64,000 bases of DNA, taken from positions 4,131 to 68,130 of the forward strand of contig JAPOXY010000278.1 of the NCBI GenBank assembly GCA_026706845.1, given 5' to 3'. A model generated the notes under the pieces. The model did no database searches and had not been told where the DNA came from. It saw only the letters and a list, made by a program, of their open reading frames with translations. How positions within the stretch are numbered: position 1 is the stretch's first letter; every line of letters starts with the position of its first letter. This document shows, in pieces, positions 47,941 to 57,708 of the stretch. The translations under genes were made by a program, and so were the position numbers. Source of the stretch: Gemmatimonadota bacterium (GTDB lineage: Bacteria > Latescibacterota > UBA2968).

Positions 47941-49051
47941 TCAGGAGATCGACTACGGCGCGCAATGCCTCTATTTCTGTAGCACCTTCCAGGCAGCGGA
48001 TGCGAAAATGGTCAACCTGTCGGTCAGCGCTGCTGCCGTCGCGGATGATTTCGGATACGCGGTGTAATTCGTTTTCGCAGCCGAGTGCGCGTGCGTCTTC
48101 GTCTAACTGTTCAATTAGTCCGCGTGCGTAGTCGTCGATATCCATGCGCCCGCCGTCGCGCGTATCACCCAGGAACGCAAATACTCCGTAGCGCTGTGCA
48201 AGCCAGCGATTCTCGGCGATGATTTCGGTGCGTGGCTCAGGGGGCAGGGTGCCTGCCCGTGCCCGTCGCAGCAGCATGCGGATGAGGGATGCGTAGAGTG
48301 CGACTATGCATACTGCGTCTTCAACGCGCGAACAGGTGTCACAGATGCGTATTTCTACTGTTGGATAAGCGTTGCCGGGGCGGATGTCCCACCACAGTTC
48401 GCTGCCGTCTTCGATGAAGTTCAGGCGCTGGTAGTCTTCTACGAGTTGCTCGTATTCGGCCTGGGAGTACAGGGGCCCGGGAAGGCCGGTGCGCGGGAGA
48501 GCACTGAAGATGTTCAGGCGATAGGACTTGAAGCCGGTGAGGTTCCCGCCGCTGAACGGCGACGAGGTGGATAGTGCGTGGAGCAGGGGCAAGTACCGGC
48601 GAAGTGCGGTCATGACGCGGATGCGTTCCTCTGGGTTCCCGAAGCTGGCGTGAATGTGCATGCCCCCGATGAGCAACCGCCGCACGGATTCCTGATACGT
48701 GATTGCAAATTCCTCATAACGCTTTTGAGGGGTAGGCATCTGTGCTGACCACGACGCGAAGGGATGGGTGGAGGCAGCTATCAATGCGGCACCATACTGT
48801 GCAGCGCCTTCAATGACTATTCGGCGGGTCTCTATCAGTGCCGTGCGGACTTCGGCTATCGATGTGCAGACGCGGGTGTTGGTCTCTATTTGGGAGCGCA
48901 GAAATTCCGTCACTACTTTGTGCGGTCCGCTGTTCTTTTCGCAAACGGCGAGGATACCCGGGTCGGGGTCGGCAACGAGGTCGCGGGTGTTGGGGTCAAC
49001 GAGAAAGAATTCTTCTTCGACGCCGAGGGTGATTTTGAGGTCTTTATCCAT
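47906..49051 (-). CDS. Carboxylate-amine ligase, YbdK/GCS2 (glutamate-cysteine-ligase family 2)
   Basis: MDKDLKITLGVEEEFFLVDPNTRDL… is the characteristic YbdK N-terminus. 381 aa. Confidence 0.8.
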   Translation of the reverse strand: MDKDLKITLGVEEEFFLVDPNTRDLVADPDPGILAVCEKNSGPHKVVTEFLRSQIETNTRVCTSIAEVRTALIETRRIVIEGAAQYGAALIAASTHPFASWSAQMPTPQKRYEEFAITYQESVRRLLIGGMHIHASFGNPEERIRVMTALRRYLPLLHALSTSSPFSGGNLTGFKSYRLNIFSALPRTGLPGPLYSQAEYEQLVEDYQRLNFIEDGSELWWDIRPGNAYPTVEIRICDTCSRVEDAVCIVALYASLIRMLLRRARAGTLPPEPRTEIIAENRWLAQRYGVFAFLGDTRDGGRMDIDDYARGLIEQLDEDARALGCENELHRVSEIIRDGSSADRQVDHFRIRCLEGATEIEALRAVVDLLIAETREGIDKV

Positions 49052-49061
49052 ATTGGGCCTT

Positions 49062-49772
49062 TTATGCGATTGCTTCGGCCAATTCTGTAAAATCGGCGAC
49101 TGTTACATCTGTGCGATACGGGGAGTCTTCGTAGGGCAGGTTATAGCGGTTTACATAAGCACCTCGCAAACCGCAGGCGCGAGCGCCTACCACGTCAAAC
49201 GAGTTGGCCGATACCATCATGCATTCGCCCACTTCCAGTCCCAGGATTTGCGCGGCGCGGCGATATACGGCGGGATGCGGTTTGAATGCGCCCATTGTCG
49301 TTACTGATATGACGTCGTCGAAATTCCACTGGATTCGGTTTTTTGCCAGGTGATCGAGAAAGGCGGGGTCGCCGTTGGATAGTCCGACGAGTTTGTAACG
49401 CACAGCCAATTTTTCCAGTCCTGCTCTGACTTCGGGAAAGGGCGATAATTCCTGCCAGCATGCGAGGAATGTCTGTACTTCCTCTTTTGACATTTCAATT
49501 TTATTCAGGGCGAGTACATATACAAATGCCCGCCGCACTGTCTCCAGGTAGCCTCCGTGCCCGAGCATCATGATTGTGTCCTGAAATTGTTCCAGGCGTT
49601 GACGATAACGCCATTGCTGCCAGAACTGTTCTGCTGTGGTGTCGGCACCTTTCTCTCGCAACATGTCGGCGATAAATGGGGTCAAGCTGCCGCCCAGATC
49701 CAAAATCGTGCCAAATAGGTCAAATGTCAATGCCTGTACTTGTTCGAATTTTGCCATTGAGGCCTCCGTCAA
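49062..49772 (-). CDS. HAD-superfamily hydrolase (haloacid dehalogenase type II-like)
   Basis: Motif I FDLFGTILD. HAD fold length. Confidence 0.75.
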   Translation of the reverse strand: MTEASMAKFEQVQALTFDLFGTILDLGGSLTPFIADMLREKGADTTAEQFWQQWRYRQRLEQFQDTIMMLGHGGYLETVRRAFVYVLALNKIEMSKEEVQTFLACWQELSPFPEVRAGLEKLAVRYKLVGLSNGDPAFLDHLAKNRIQWNFDDVISVTTMGAFKPHPAVYRRAAQILGLEVGECMMVSANSFDVVGARACGLRGAYVNRYNLPYEDSPYRTDVTVADFTELAEAIA

Positions 49773-50773
49773 CTATATCCCTGTACTTCTACTTTTTTAC
49801 CTGTGCGCGCAGATTCATGAGCGGCGAGGGAAATCGCAATGGTGCGTCTGCCGTCGTGGCCATTGGATTGCGGTTGTTCGCCTGTTCGGATACAGTTTAA
49901 AAAATAGGTCATTTCTTCCAGCAATCCGTTGTTCCTCTCATAAGTCATGTGTTCGGATTTTTCGCCTATTCGGTTGAGTGTGAGTTGCGCGCCTGTTCCG
50001 CTGGTGATTTTTACTGAGCCTTCAGTGCCAGCCACGCCCAGTTCATAGCTTCCGCCCGGATAAATTCGGCTGCTGCTCAAGGATCCGATTGCACCTGAAC
50101 TGAATTCCAAATTGATAAAGATACTTTCCTCTACGGTGTTATGTGACGCATCATCGTATCGCATCACAGCTTGAACAGCGCACACTTCGCCAGCCATCCA
50201 GGTCAGTTGATCCAGTTCGTGGCTGTGCATTGAAAAAAGCCCGCCGTATCTCTCCTTATCCAACTGCCATCCCGCCACGCCTCCAGGTGCTCCTGTGCCC
50301 AAACGCACGGTATGCGCCATGCGAATCTCGCCGATTTGCCCTTCATCGATCAATCGTTTCATTTCGCGGTAGGCGTTTTGAAATCGCCGCACATATCCGA
50401 TCATTAAAAAGACACCGGCCTGATCAGCCGCTTCAATCATTGCGTCGCAATCTTCTACCGCGAGTGCCATTGGTTTTTCGCAAAATACATGCGCGCCTGC
50501 TGTGGCGGCATCGACTGTAATGGGACTGTGTACAAAATTGGGTGTTACGACCAGTACGGCGTCTGGGGATTGCGCCGATAGCATGGTTCGGTGATTGTCG
50601 TAAATAGCTGGCTGGGACGCGAGTTTGTCGACCAAAGCCTCTGCCGAAGCCCGTTCCTGATCGCAAACTGCCACGAGTTCTACGCCTTCTATGCTCTCTA
50701 CGTTGGCGGCGTGCCGCGATCCCAGCCCTCCACAGCCTACGAGTCCTATTTTGAGTGTTTGGTCGGACGCCAT
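49769..50773 (-). CDS. Gfo/Idh/MocA-family NAD(P)-dependent oxidoreductase
   Basis: IGLVGCGGLGSRHA Rossmann N-terminus. C-terminal GFO_IDH_MocA_C-like domain. Confidence 0.85.
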   Translation of the reverse strand: MASDQTLKIGLVGCGGLGSRHAANVESIEGVELVAVCDQERASAEALVDKLASQPAIYDNHRTMLSAQSPDAVLVVTPNFVHSPITVDAATAGAHVFCEKPMALAVEDCDAMIEAADQAGVFLMIGYVRRFQNAYREMKRLIDEGQIGEIRMAHTVRLGTGAPGGVAGWQLDKERYGGLFSMHSHELDQLTWMAGEVCAVQAVMRYDDASHNTVEESIFINLEFSSGAIGSLSSSRIYPGGSYELGVAGTEGSVKITSGTGAQLTLNRIGEKSEHMTYERNNGLLEEMTYFLNCIRTGEQPQSNGHDGRRTIAISLAAHESARTGKKVEVQGYS

Positions 50774-50786
50774 GTGGTATCTCCTC

Positions 50787-51800
50787 CTATCTCAAGTGAA
50801 CAGGTGCGCCCCGATCCCGGGCAGATGCTTCAGCGGCGAAGCAGGCCAGGTGGGTGTTGACCGCTACGGATAGATTGTCGTGGGATTCCACGTCTGTTGT
50901 GATACAGTCGATGAAGTGGTCGATCATTTCCTGGAAGGGATGGTGTGATACTGCGCCGCTGTCTGGCAATACGGTTGGTATTTCAGATAGGTCGCGTTGT
51001 CCCGGGATTTGTTTTGTATAAAACCGATTGTTGCGGATTATGCCTTCGTCGCCAAATACTTCCAGATTGAATACATAGGGCATAAAAAATTCGGTCGATC
51101 CGGAAATTTTTCCCGCGGTGCCGCGCTCAAATTGAACCGCGGCCGCAGTTGTTGCGAGGTATGTTTCGGGATGACTGGAATTGCGAGCAGATACTCCGGA
51201 TACCTGAATGATGGGGTCATTATCCAGTACATATCGCGCAGCATCCATTGCGTGACAGCCCCCGTGTACAATAGCCCCGGCATTCATGGGATTCCACCCG
51301 GGTCGTTCAAATTTTTTGGGGCGCTGATGGGTTGGCCCGTGCCAGTAGTCGGCCTGTACGAGAAGAGGCTGTCCGATCCATCCTTTTTCAATGACTTGTT
51401 TGATGGATAGGACCATCGGGTTCCACCGCAGGACAAAGCTCACGACGGTTTTTACCCCGGCTTTTTGAACCGCTGCATCCATGGCGTGTAGTTCGTCGGG
51501 ATTCAGGGCCACGGGTTTTTCGATCAGGATGTGTTTGCCAGCTTCGGCTGCTGCGATGGTTTCTGCTGCGTGTAAATCCGGGGGTGTGCAAATCGATACC
51601 AGATCCACGCCGGGATGGGCGAGCATGCGGTCGTAAGAATCGAATAGTTCACAATCTATACCGCAGGCGATGGCCTTTTTTTTCGCGCTTTCCAACGTGC
51701 GACTGCCAATGGCTACCACCCGGGTATGGGGGTTGTTCTGATAGGCTTTGATATGTTCGGTAGATACGTTTCCCGCGCCTTGAATTGCTACTCCGATCAT
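50787..51800 (-). CDS. Gfo/Idh/MocA-family NAD(P)-dependent oxidoreductase (second copy)
   Basis: MIGVAIQGAGNVSTEHIKAY… EKPVA motif. Confidence 0.85.
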   Translation of the reverse strand: MIGVAIQGAGNVSTEHIKAYQNNPHTRVVAIGSRTLESAKKKAIACGIDCELFDSYDRMLAHPGVDLVSICTPPDLHAAETIAAAEAGKHILIEKPVALNPDELHAMDAAVQKAGVKTVVSFVLRWNPMVLSIKQVIEKGWIGQPLLVQADYWHGPTHQRPKKFERPGWNPMNAGAIVHGGCHAMDAARYVLDNDPIIQVSGVSARNSSHPETYLATTAAAVQFERGTAGKISGSTEFFMPYVFNLEVFGDEGIIRNNRFYTKQIPGQRDLSEIPTVLPDSGAVSHHPFQEMIDHFIDCITTDVESHDNLSVAVNTHLACFAAEASARDRGAPVHLR

Positions 51801-51812
51801 TGGGTTTCCTTT

Positions 51813-53777
51813 TTAGTAATTGTGTACATTGTGCCCGCGTGCTGGGAACCACACCCAATCGATGGCAAAGACCAGAGCCGTGCTCAAAGCCTGGGCGACG
51901 ATCAATCCGATAAAAAAGGGCTTGCCGCGTTCGTAGAGATCCACGCCGCCTATTCTCATCAGCAGCGATTTGATTGCCCAGACGATCACAATTGAAAAGA
52001 AGACCTTTGTGACGCCGTAGTTGCCCTGTATGGCCAGGCCTATGGGGTGCAGGGGCCACCAGGGGAGCCAATAGCGCGCCATCGTGAATGCGGCCATAGC
52101 TGCCGCACCGATTAAAGCCCATATTGCCAACCCGCCTTTGCCACCCATTGGAATTGGGTTGCGAATGGAGTTGATCGCTTTGTTAAATGCGCCCGGCGCG
52201 GCGTTTTTGAGTCCCATGTTGCCCAGGTTGTACGCGCCATAAGCGTATCCCAGGTACAGTGTGTTGGCGACGGAAACCATATAACCCAGGATGAGTGATA
52301 TCCCGATCATCAGGGCAATCTGTCTGGGTTTTACCACGCGATCTACGGCTTTGACGGATTGTGTCATAGCGGGCATGACATAGCCTTTGCCGGCGCTGTT
52401 AAATATCCGCATAAACGATAGGATTGTGACACTTTGCCCGTTGATTGTTGGCGTGCCCCAAATTTGCAATACTGCGTCAAATGGCTGTACCTGATAATAC
52501 ACGTACACGAGGCCGAGTTCGGCAACTACGCGAGAGAGTCCCAAAAATGTCAACAGGGCAATTGGCAAAAATGTGAGAATGACAAATAGTGCCAGGCCCG
52601 CGGCGTATAACCAGGTAGCGACAAATAACAGGGAGACGATCAGTCCGATGACAGCCGTGCGATACGATAGCAATTCGCCGCTGTCATCGACTTCGCAATC
52701 TGGTTGCACGGCTTTTCGCCAGACATCTGTGAGGTGTGCGCGGCCCATCCACAGGCTCCAGATTGCGAGAAAAATGAGTGCGCCACCGCTTTGCCAGCCC
52801 AGTGCCGGACTTTGCCACTGTCGGTCTGCTGCGCCGGGTGTGTACCCAAATTTGTTGAATAAAAGGACCTCAAAGCCAGATAAAAGCACCCATACCCAAA
52901 CGCTGAACAGCACGTCCAATCGCGCAAAATAACCGAAGCCTATTGCGTAAAAACTGACTCTGCGAATTAAAAAAGGAAAGTCGGGATAGAACCGAAACTG
53001 TCCGCCTTCAAACGGAATGTGCGGAAAAATCGGTGTGAAGTACGACCCGATGTTCCAGACTTTCAGCAGCATCACGAGTCCAAACGCGATCCAGAACAGC
53101 GGCGACGAAAAAACCTGAGATAGCCTGCCCCCTTGTTGGGTCTCGGTCAATAGGGTGCCCACTTCTACGATGGGATAGGTCAGGCGTTCGTGATCTACCC
53201 ACTGTCGGCGCAACATGACGACCACACAAAAGACGGCAAATGCGACTGCGCCGAGGAAGCAGGTCCACCAGAAAAGCGGGGTTATCCAGGCGCCGAGTGC
53301 GGGGACATGGCCTGCGGGCGTGCCCTCGTAAAACCAGTTCATCGCGCCCGTATCATTTTGCGGTGCCAGCCACGTTGGGATATTGTGATGGAGATAAAAA
53401 TTCCATCCGTTTTCGGGCGTTGCAAAATAGTACACCCCGGCCAAGACACCGATTAGGTGCCCGGTAACGCCGTCATAAGGCACAATTGCGGCGACGAGCC
53501 CCATCCCCAAAACCACGCGCAATTCCGGTGGTGTGAGCACGAGAGAGGGCAGGGCACGGCGCGCGATGATGTTCAATACGGCCAGCGATAAGAATGGAAA
53601 GAGCAGCGCCAGGGGGAAATGGCTGCGGCTGATATTGGAGCCGCTCATGTAGTAGGCCATCCACTCGTCCCACAGGACGGTTGCGATGATGATCACGATG
53701 GCTACAAAAATGGCCCGGGGTGTTACGGCGCGACCGCTTTGTACCTCAGTTGTGCGATATGTCGATGCTTCTGCCAT
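51813..53777 (-). CDS. Large polytopic membrane protein of unknown family (654 aa, ≥14 TM)
   Basis: Long hydrophobic multi-helix ORF. Shares 1-nt spacing with the downstream AlkP-family gene. Confidence 0.4.
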   Translation of the reverse strand: MAEASTYRTTEVQSGRAVTPRAIFVAIVIIIATVLWDEWMAYYMSGSNISRSHFPLALLFPFLSLAVLNIIARRALPSLVLTPPELRVVLGMGLVAAIVPYDGVTGHLIGVLAGVYYFATPENGWNFYLHHNIPTWLAPQNDTGAMNWFYEGTPAGHVPALGAWITPLFWWTCFLGAVAFAVFCVVVMLRRQWVDHERLTYPIVEVGTLLTETQQGGRLSQVFSSPLFWIAFGLVMLLKVWNIGSYFTPIFPHIPFEGGQFRFYPDFPFLIRRVSFYAIGFGYFARLDVLFSVWVWVLLSGFEVLLFNKFGYTPGAADRQWQSPALGWQSGGALIFLAIWSLWMGRAHLTDVWRKAVQPDCEVDDSGELLSYRTAVIGLIVSLLFVATWLYAAGLALFVILTFLPIALLTFLGLSRVVAELGLVYVYYQVQPFDAVLQIWGTPTINGQSVTILSFMRIFNSAGKGYVMPAMTQSVKAVDRVVKPRQIALMIGISLILGYMVSVANTLYLGYAYGAYNLGNMGLKNAAPGAFNKAINSIRNPIPMGGKGGLAIWALIGAAAMAAFTMARYWLPWWPLHPIGLAIQGNYGVTKVFFSIVIVWAIKSLLMRIGGVDLYERGKPFFIGLIVAQALSTALVFAIDWVWFPARGHNVHNY

Positions 53778-53778
53778 C

Positions 53779-55674
53779 TTATTTTATATGCCAATCGGGG
53801 TCTTCGAGGGCTTCGTAAACCACGCCGCCTTCGACCTGCATCGGCATGGGCACTCCGGTGAGATAACAGATTGTGGGGGCGACATCGATTGAGCGCACTT
53901 GTTTTGTGAGCAGGCCAGTCTGCTTAATCCCCGCGCCCGCAATCACAAATGTCGAATGTTGACCAGCCATGCCAAAGCTCACCGAGGGCAATTGCTTGCC
54001 GTGTGCGCCGTCAAACTCGGGATGCAGTGCATAGACCACATCGCCGACCAGATCGCTCCACAAGTTGACCATTTCGGCATTTTCGCGGCTCAGAGCCAGC
54101 GCGAAGGGGTGGCGTCCGGTGGCTTCGTCTTTGTATTCCATCAGCGCGGCGATTAGCTCTCGACGCACGGTTTCGTAATCCTCTTGAGAAACGATTCCGT
54201 CGGGTTCGCGTCCTTCCAGATTGATGAAGATATGCACCAATCCCACGTCGCAGGCGCGCGTTTTGCTCCAGTCGATTTGCCCATTTTCGTGGTATTTCAC
54301 AAATCCGGTTTCTGTGAGGACTTTGCGAATGTTGACCGCGGGGAATTGATTGGACGTACCGCCGTGATCGGCCACGACTGCGACGACGGTATCGTCATCG
54401 GCGATATCGTCAACGATGCGCCCGATCATGCGATCGATTGACTGATAGGTGCGGAAGACGCCTTCGCGCGACCGCTCGAGGACCGATTGCTCGGCACCGC
54501 TGGTGGGATCGGCCTGCCCCAGGAAGAAGTGGCTCGTATAATCCGAAGCGTGCGTTTCAATCATCAGCAGATCCCAGGAGCGAGATTCCGTCAGGTACTG
54601 CGCTACATCGGCCAGTCGCTGGTGGTGGAACTCCAGCAATTCAAAATACGTGTCATCGTCAATTACGCCCAGGGCATCGCGGCCGGGGTTTTGCAAGAAA
54701 TTACCGACGTTTTCGTCGATTTCCCGCGCGATTGACGCCGGTTTGGTATAGTCGTCGGGAGGCCAGATTTGCGGTACAAATAGCTCGAACATATCGGCAT
54801 TTTCGGTCAGTGCGATCAATTTCATCTGTACGTAGCCGCTTACCTGTTCGCCGTCTATTTCAAATGTGTCGAGCCACCAATCGCTCCATTCGCCCACGCC
54901 GAGGTCACACACTTTTGTATCCCCGTCGCGCGTGCTACAGACGGATACGCGATCGTATCCCTTTGCGGTTGTCGCGTAGATTAAGCCGTAGAACGGCTTG
55001 GGTGTGCCTTTCTTTCCCCGGTTCATGGGGCTGCGCCCGCGCGCCAGAGGCGTGATCACCATTTCAACTTCAAGCGGTGGTTTTTTGGAGTCGGGTAGAG
55101 CTGTCCACCCATCTGCCTCTTTGAGGGTGACGGGATCAAATTCCGATACTGTTTGCAGGGCGCTCGGGTCCAGTGTTTCGGGGTCGCGCTGTACGACCAG
55201 TCGCCGCGGTGCCCACTTGCCTCCTACAAATAAGTGATAGCCCGCGACCTGATGGTGATTGGATACACCGGGGCCCGTGCCTTCCACCTGGATCCCGGTC
55301 GTGACGGTGGGCGGCCACGACATTTCCCATTTGACCAGAATCGGCATTTTACCCGCGCGCTCATAAGTATTCCAGATGTATTCGGATTTGGACAGATCTG
55401 TATTGATGCCCCATACGGTCTGGTCCAGTCGTTTGCCCAGGGCGCGGATGTTAAAATCCATGACCTCGTGATTGCCCGGCCATGATCCCGTGGCTATAGC
55501 CGTCCATCCCGGCGGCGTGAGGGTGGGAAATACTCCGATCATGGGGCGCCAGGCTCCGCGTTCCATGAGTTTTGCGATATTGGGCATGTGCCCCCAGTCG
55601 GCCAGGTTTTTCACAATTTCCATGCTCGCCCCATCCATCCCTATGACAATTGCCTTCTTTGCTGGACTTTCCAT
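53779..55674 (-). CDS. Alkaline-phosphatase-superfamily enzyme, type I phosphodiesterase/nucleotide pyrophosphatase family
   Basis: N-terminal KKAIVIGMDGASMEIV…PTLTPPGWTAIATGSWPGNH (metal-binding Asp/Thr nucleophile region). Start at MESPAKK preceded by GAGGAGGAG. Confidence 0.7.
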   Translation of the reverse strand: MESPAKKAIVIGMDGASMEIVKNLADWGHMPNIAKLMERGAWRPMIGVFPTLTPPGWTAIATGSWPGNHEVMDFNIRALGKRLDQTVWGINTDLSKSEYIWNTYERAGKMPILVKWEMSWPPTVTTGIQVEGTGPGVSNHHQVAGYHLFVGGKWAPRRLVVQRDPETLDPSALQTVSEFDPVTLKEADGWTALPDSKKPPLEVEMVITPLARGRSPMNRGKKGTPKPFYGLIYATTAKGYDRVSVCSTRDGDTKVCDLGVGEWSDWWLDTFEIDGEQVSGYVQMKLIALTENADMFELFVPQIWPPDDYTKPASIAREIDENVGNFLQNPGRDALGVIDDDTYFELLEFHHQRLADVAQYLTESRSWDLLMIETHASDYTSHFFLGQADPTSGAEQSVLERSREGVFRTYQSIDRMIGRIVDDIADDDTVVAVVADHGGTSNQFPAVNIRKVLTETGFVKYHENGQIDWSKTRACDVGLVHIFINLEGREPDGIVSQEDYETVRRELIAALMEYKDEATGRHPFALALSRENAEMVNLWSDLVGDVVYALHPEFDGAHGKQLPSVSFGMAGQHSTFVIAGAGIKQTGLLTKQVRSIDVAPTICYLTGVPMPMQVEGGVVYEALEDPDWHIK

Positions 55675-55684
55675 ATACTCCTCC

Positions 55685-56998
55685 TCAAAGTGATTGAAGA
55701 ACGTCTCGCGTTTTTGAGAGCGTTTCATCTATATCTGATCGTGAATGTGCAAATGAAATACTGCCTTGCTTGGTTGCCAGTGGAAAGTGATAGATGCCCT
55801 TTTCAATCAATGCGCGGCGATACCGCTCGTCAAGCGCGAAATCGTGGTGTTCGGCAATATCGTGCCAATCAACCGGCGCGTGGTCCATGAAATAGACGCA
55901 AAAAGCCGATCCCTGTCGGGCACTGGATACTTCTATTCCGGCTTCTTTGAATAATGCGGTCAATTCCGTCTCTAACTGTTCGCCCATCGCGTACAGTTGT
56001 TCAAAATCTGCCGATGCGAGTTTTTCCATTGTGGCAATGGCGCCCGCGCATGATATGGGATGGGCATTGTACGTTCCGGCGATCAGTACGCGTTTTGCGG
56101 GATCTTTGTGGACAAAATAATCCATGAGCGATGCCCGCCCGCCAATCGCGCCAATGGGATAGCCATTGGCTATTGCTTTGCCAAATACGGACAGGTCTGG
56201 CATGATGCCACATATGCTTTGATAGCCTCCCATCGCGTGGCGAAATCCCGTTTTCACTTCGTCGAATATTAGCACAACCCCTCGCGCATCGCACAAATCG
56301 CGCAGTCCCTGTAAATAGCCCGCTTGTGGGTGTACGATGCCGATATTTTGCAAAATTGGCTCGAGAATTAACGCGGCGATATCGTATTGATCCATTGCCC
56401 AGCGCACTGAATTCAGGTCGTTAAAATTCACCACATGTATATCGTCTAACGCGCTATTGGGTACGCCGGCAGAGAGCGGTATTTTTTGGTATTCGCCCGG
56501 CGAGACCCGCGGTCCGATTGCATCTATTGGCGTCATTACATTCAGTGCCACGTCGTTGTGCCAGCCGTTGTATCCTCCCTGTATTACGATGACGCCATTG
56601 CGCCCCGTGTGCGCCCGCGCGATTCGAATGGCGTGATAGGTGGCTTCCGATCCCGTATTGGTTAGCATGACTTTTTCGACGGAAGGTACGTGTTTTACAA
56701 TTAATGCGGCACAATGCCCTTCCCAGGGGTTGGTGCCCGATCCCATCAGTGTTGCGCCTTCGGTGAGTACTTTTGCCACTGCCGCGTTCACATCCGGATC
56801 GTTGTGCCCCAGGATAAATGGCGCGAATGCCGCGTGATAATCGATGTATTCTTTGCCGTCTGCATCCCACACATGGCTGCCCTGCCCGCGCACAAAGGCT
56901 ATTTCCGGCGCGACAGCGCGGTTGACTGATACTACGCCGCCGGGGATGACTTTGCGGTTTTTTTGAAAAATTGTTTTGGAAGAGGACATATAAATCAC
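55685..56998 (-). CDS. Class-III PLP-dependent aminotransferase (glutamate-1-semialdehyde aminomutase-like)
   Basis: Class-III aminotransferase fold. The listed start is GTG at 56998. ATG at 56989 (MSSSK…) is the alternative. Confidence 0.8.
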   Translation of the reverse strand: MIYMSSSKTIFQKNRKVIPGGVVSVNRAVAPEIAFVRGQGSHVWDADGKEYIDYHAAFAPFILGHNDPDVNAAVAKVLTEGATLMGSGTNPWEGHCAALIVKHVPSVEKVMLTNTGSEATYHAIRIARAHTGRNGVIVIQGGYNGWHNDVALNVMTPIDAIGPRVSPGEYQKIPLSAGVPNSALDDIHVVNFNDLNSVRWAMDQYDIAALILEPILQNIGIVHPQAGYLQGLRDLCDARGVVLIFDEVKTGFRHAMGGYQSICGIMPDLSVFGKAIANGYPIGAIGGRASLMDYFVHKDPAKRVLIAGTYNAHPISCAGAIATMEKLASADFEQLYAMGEQLETELTALFKEAGIEVSSARQGSAFCVYFMDHAPVDWHDIAEHHDFALDERYRRALIEKGIYHFPLATKQGSISFAHSRSDIDETLSKTRDVLQSL

Positions 56999-57708
56999 AC
57001 GTCACGTTTGTAATAATTTTCCCAGCGTTCAGCCGGTTCGTAACCCAGAATGCGTTGTGCTTTTTCCGTGGTGTATTTCTGGTGCGCTGTCATACTCACC
57101 ATGTTGAATTCCTGATAATTATCCGGCACGGATTCGATGTCCAGTGCGAGACAACACGCATGCGCCAGGTCTTTCCAGAATATGCGAAATGGGGGGAAGT
57201 CCTCGCCTTTGATTGGCTCACTCGGCTCGGGGCCCAGGCCGTTGAATACAAAACAAATCGTCTGTATATCGTAAATCCGCGCATATGTGCGACAAATTTC
57301 GTAGCTGAGCATTTTGGTTATGCCGTAATACCCGGTGCCGGGAGCGCGGGGGACATCAGTGATTTCAAAATCCTGATCGTAGTCACTTCGCACCAGTTGC
57401 GGTCCCGTATGTACCACTTTTTTGATGCCCAATTCGGCAGCGGCTTTCATGACATGCAATGCGCCCAATGTACTGACGTGAAAGCTCAAGATGGGATCGG
57501 GACGATTTACAGTGAAATTCATCACCGCGTCCATGCCCTGCATGGCATCGCGTACCTGATCGTATTGGCGCATATCTACATGTTCGATAGGTCTGCCATC
57601 GGGATAGGGCTTTATGTCGGCGAGTATGAGATCGCAATGCGATTCCATATCCGGTATGATATTGGGGGCAATTAGTCCCGAAGCGCCCAGCAAAAGTACT
57701 TTTTTCAC
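56995..57708 (-). CDS. NAD-dependent epimerase/dehydratase-family protein (short SDR-like)
   Basis: MKKVLLLGASGLIAPNI Rossmann motif. 237 aa. Confidence 0.7.
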   Translation of the reverse strand: MKKVLLLGASGLIAPNIIPDMESHCDLILADIKPYPDGRPIEHVDMRQYDQVRDAMQGMDAVMNFTVNRPDPILSFHVSTLGALHVMKAAAELGIKKVVHTGPQLVRSDYDQDFEITDVPRAPGTGYYGITKMLSYEICRTYARIYDIQTICFVFNGLGPEPSEPIKGEDFPPFRIFWKDLAHACCLALDIESVPDNYQEFNMVSMTAHQKYTTEKAQRILGYEPAERWENYYKRDV

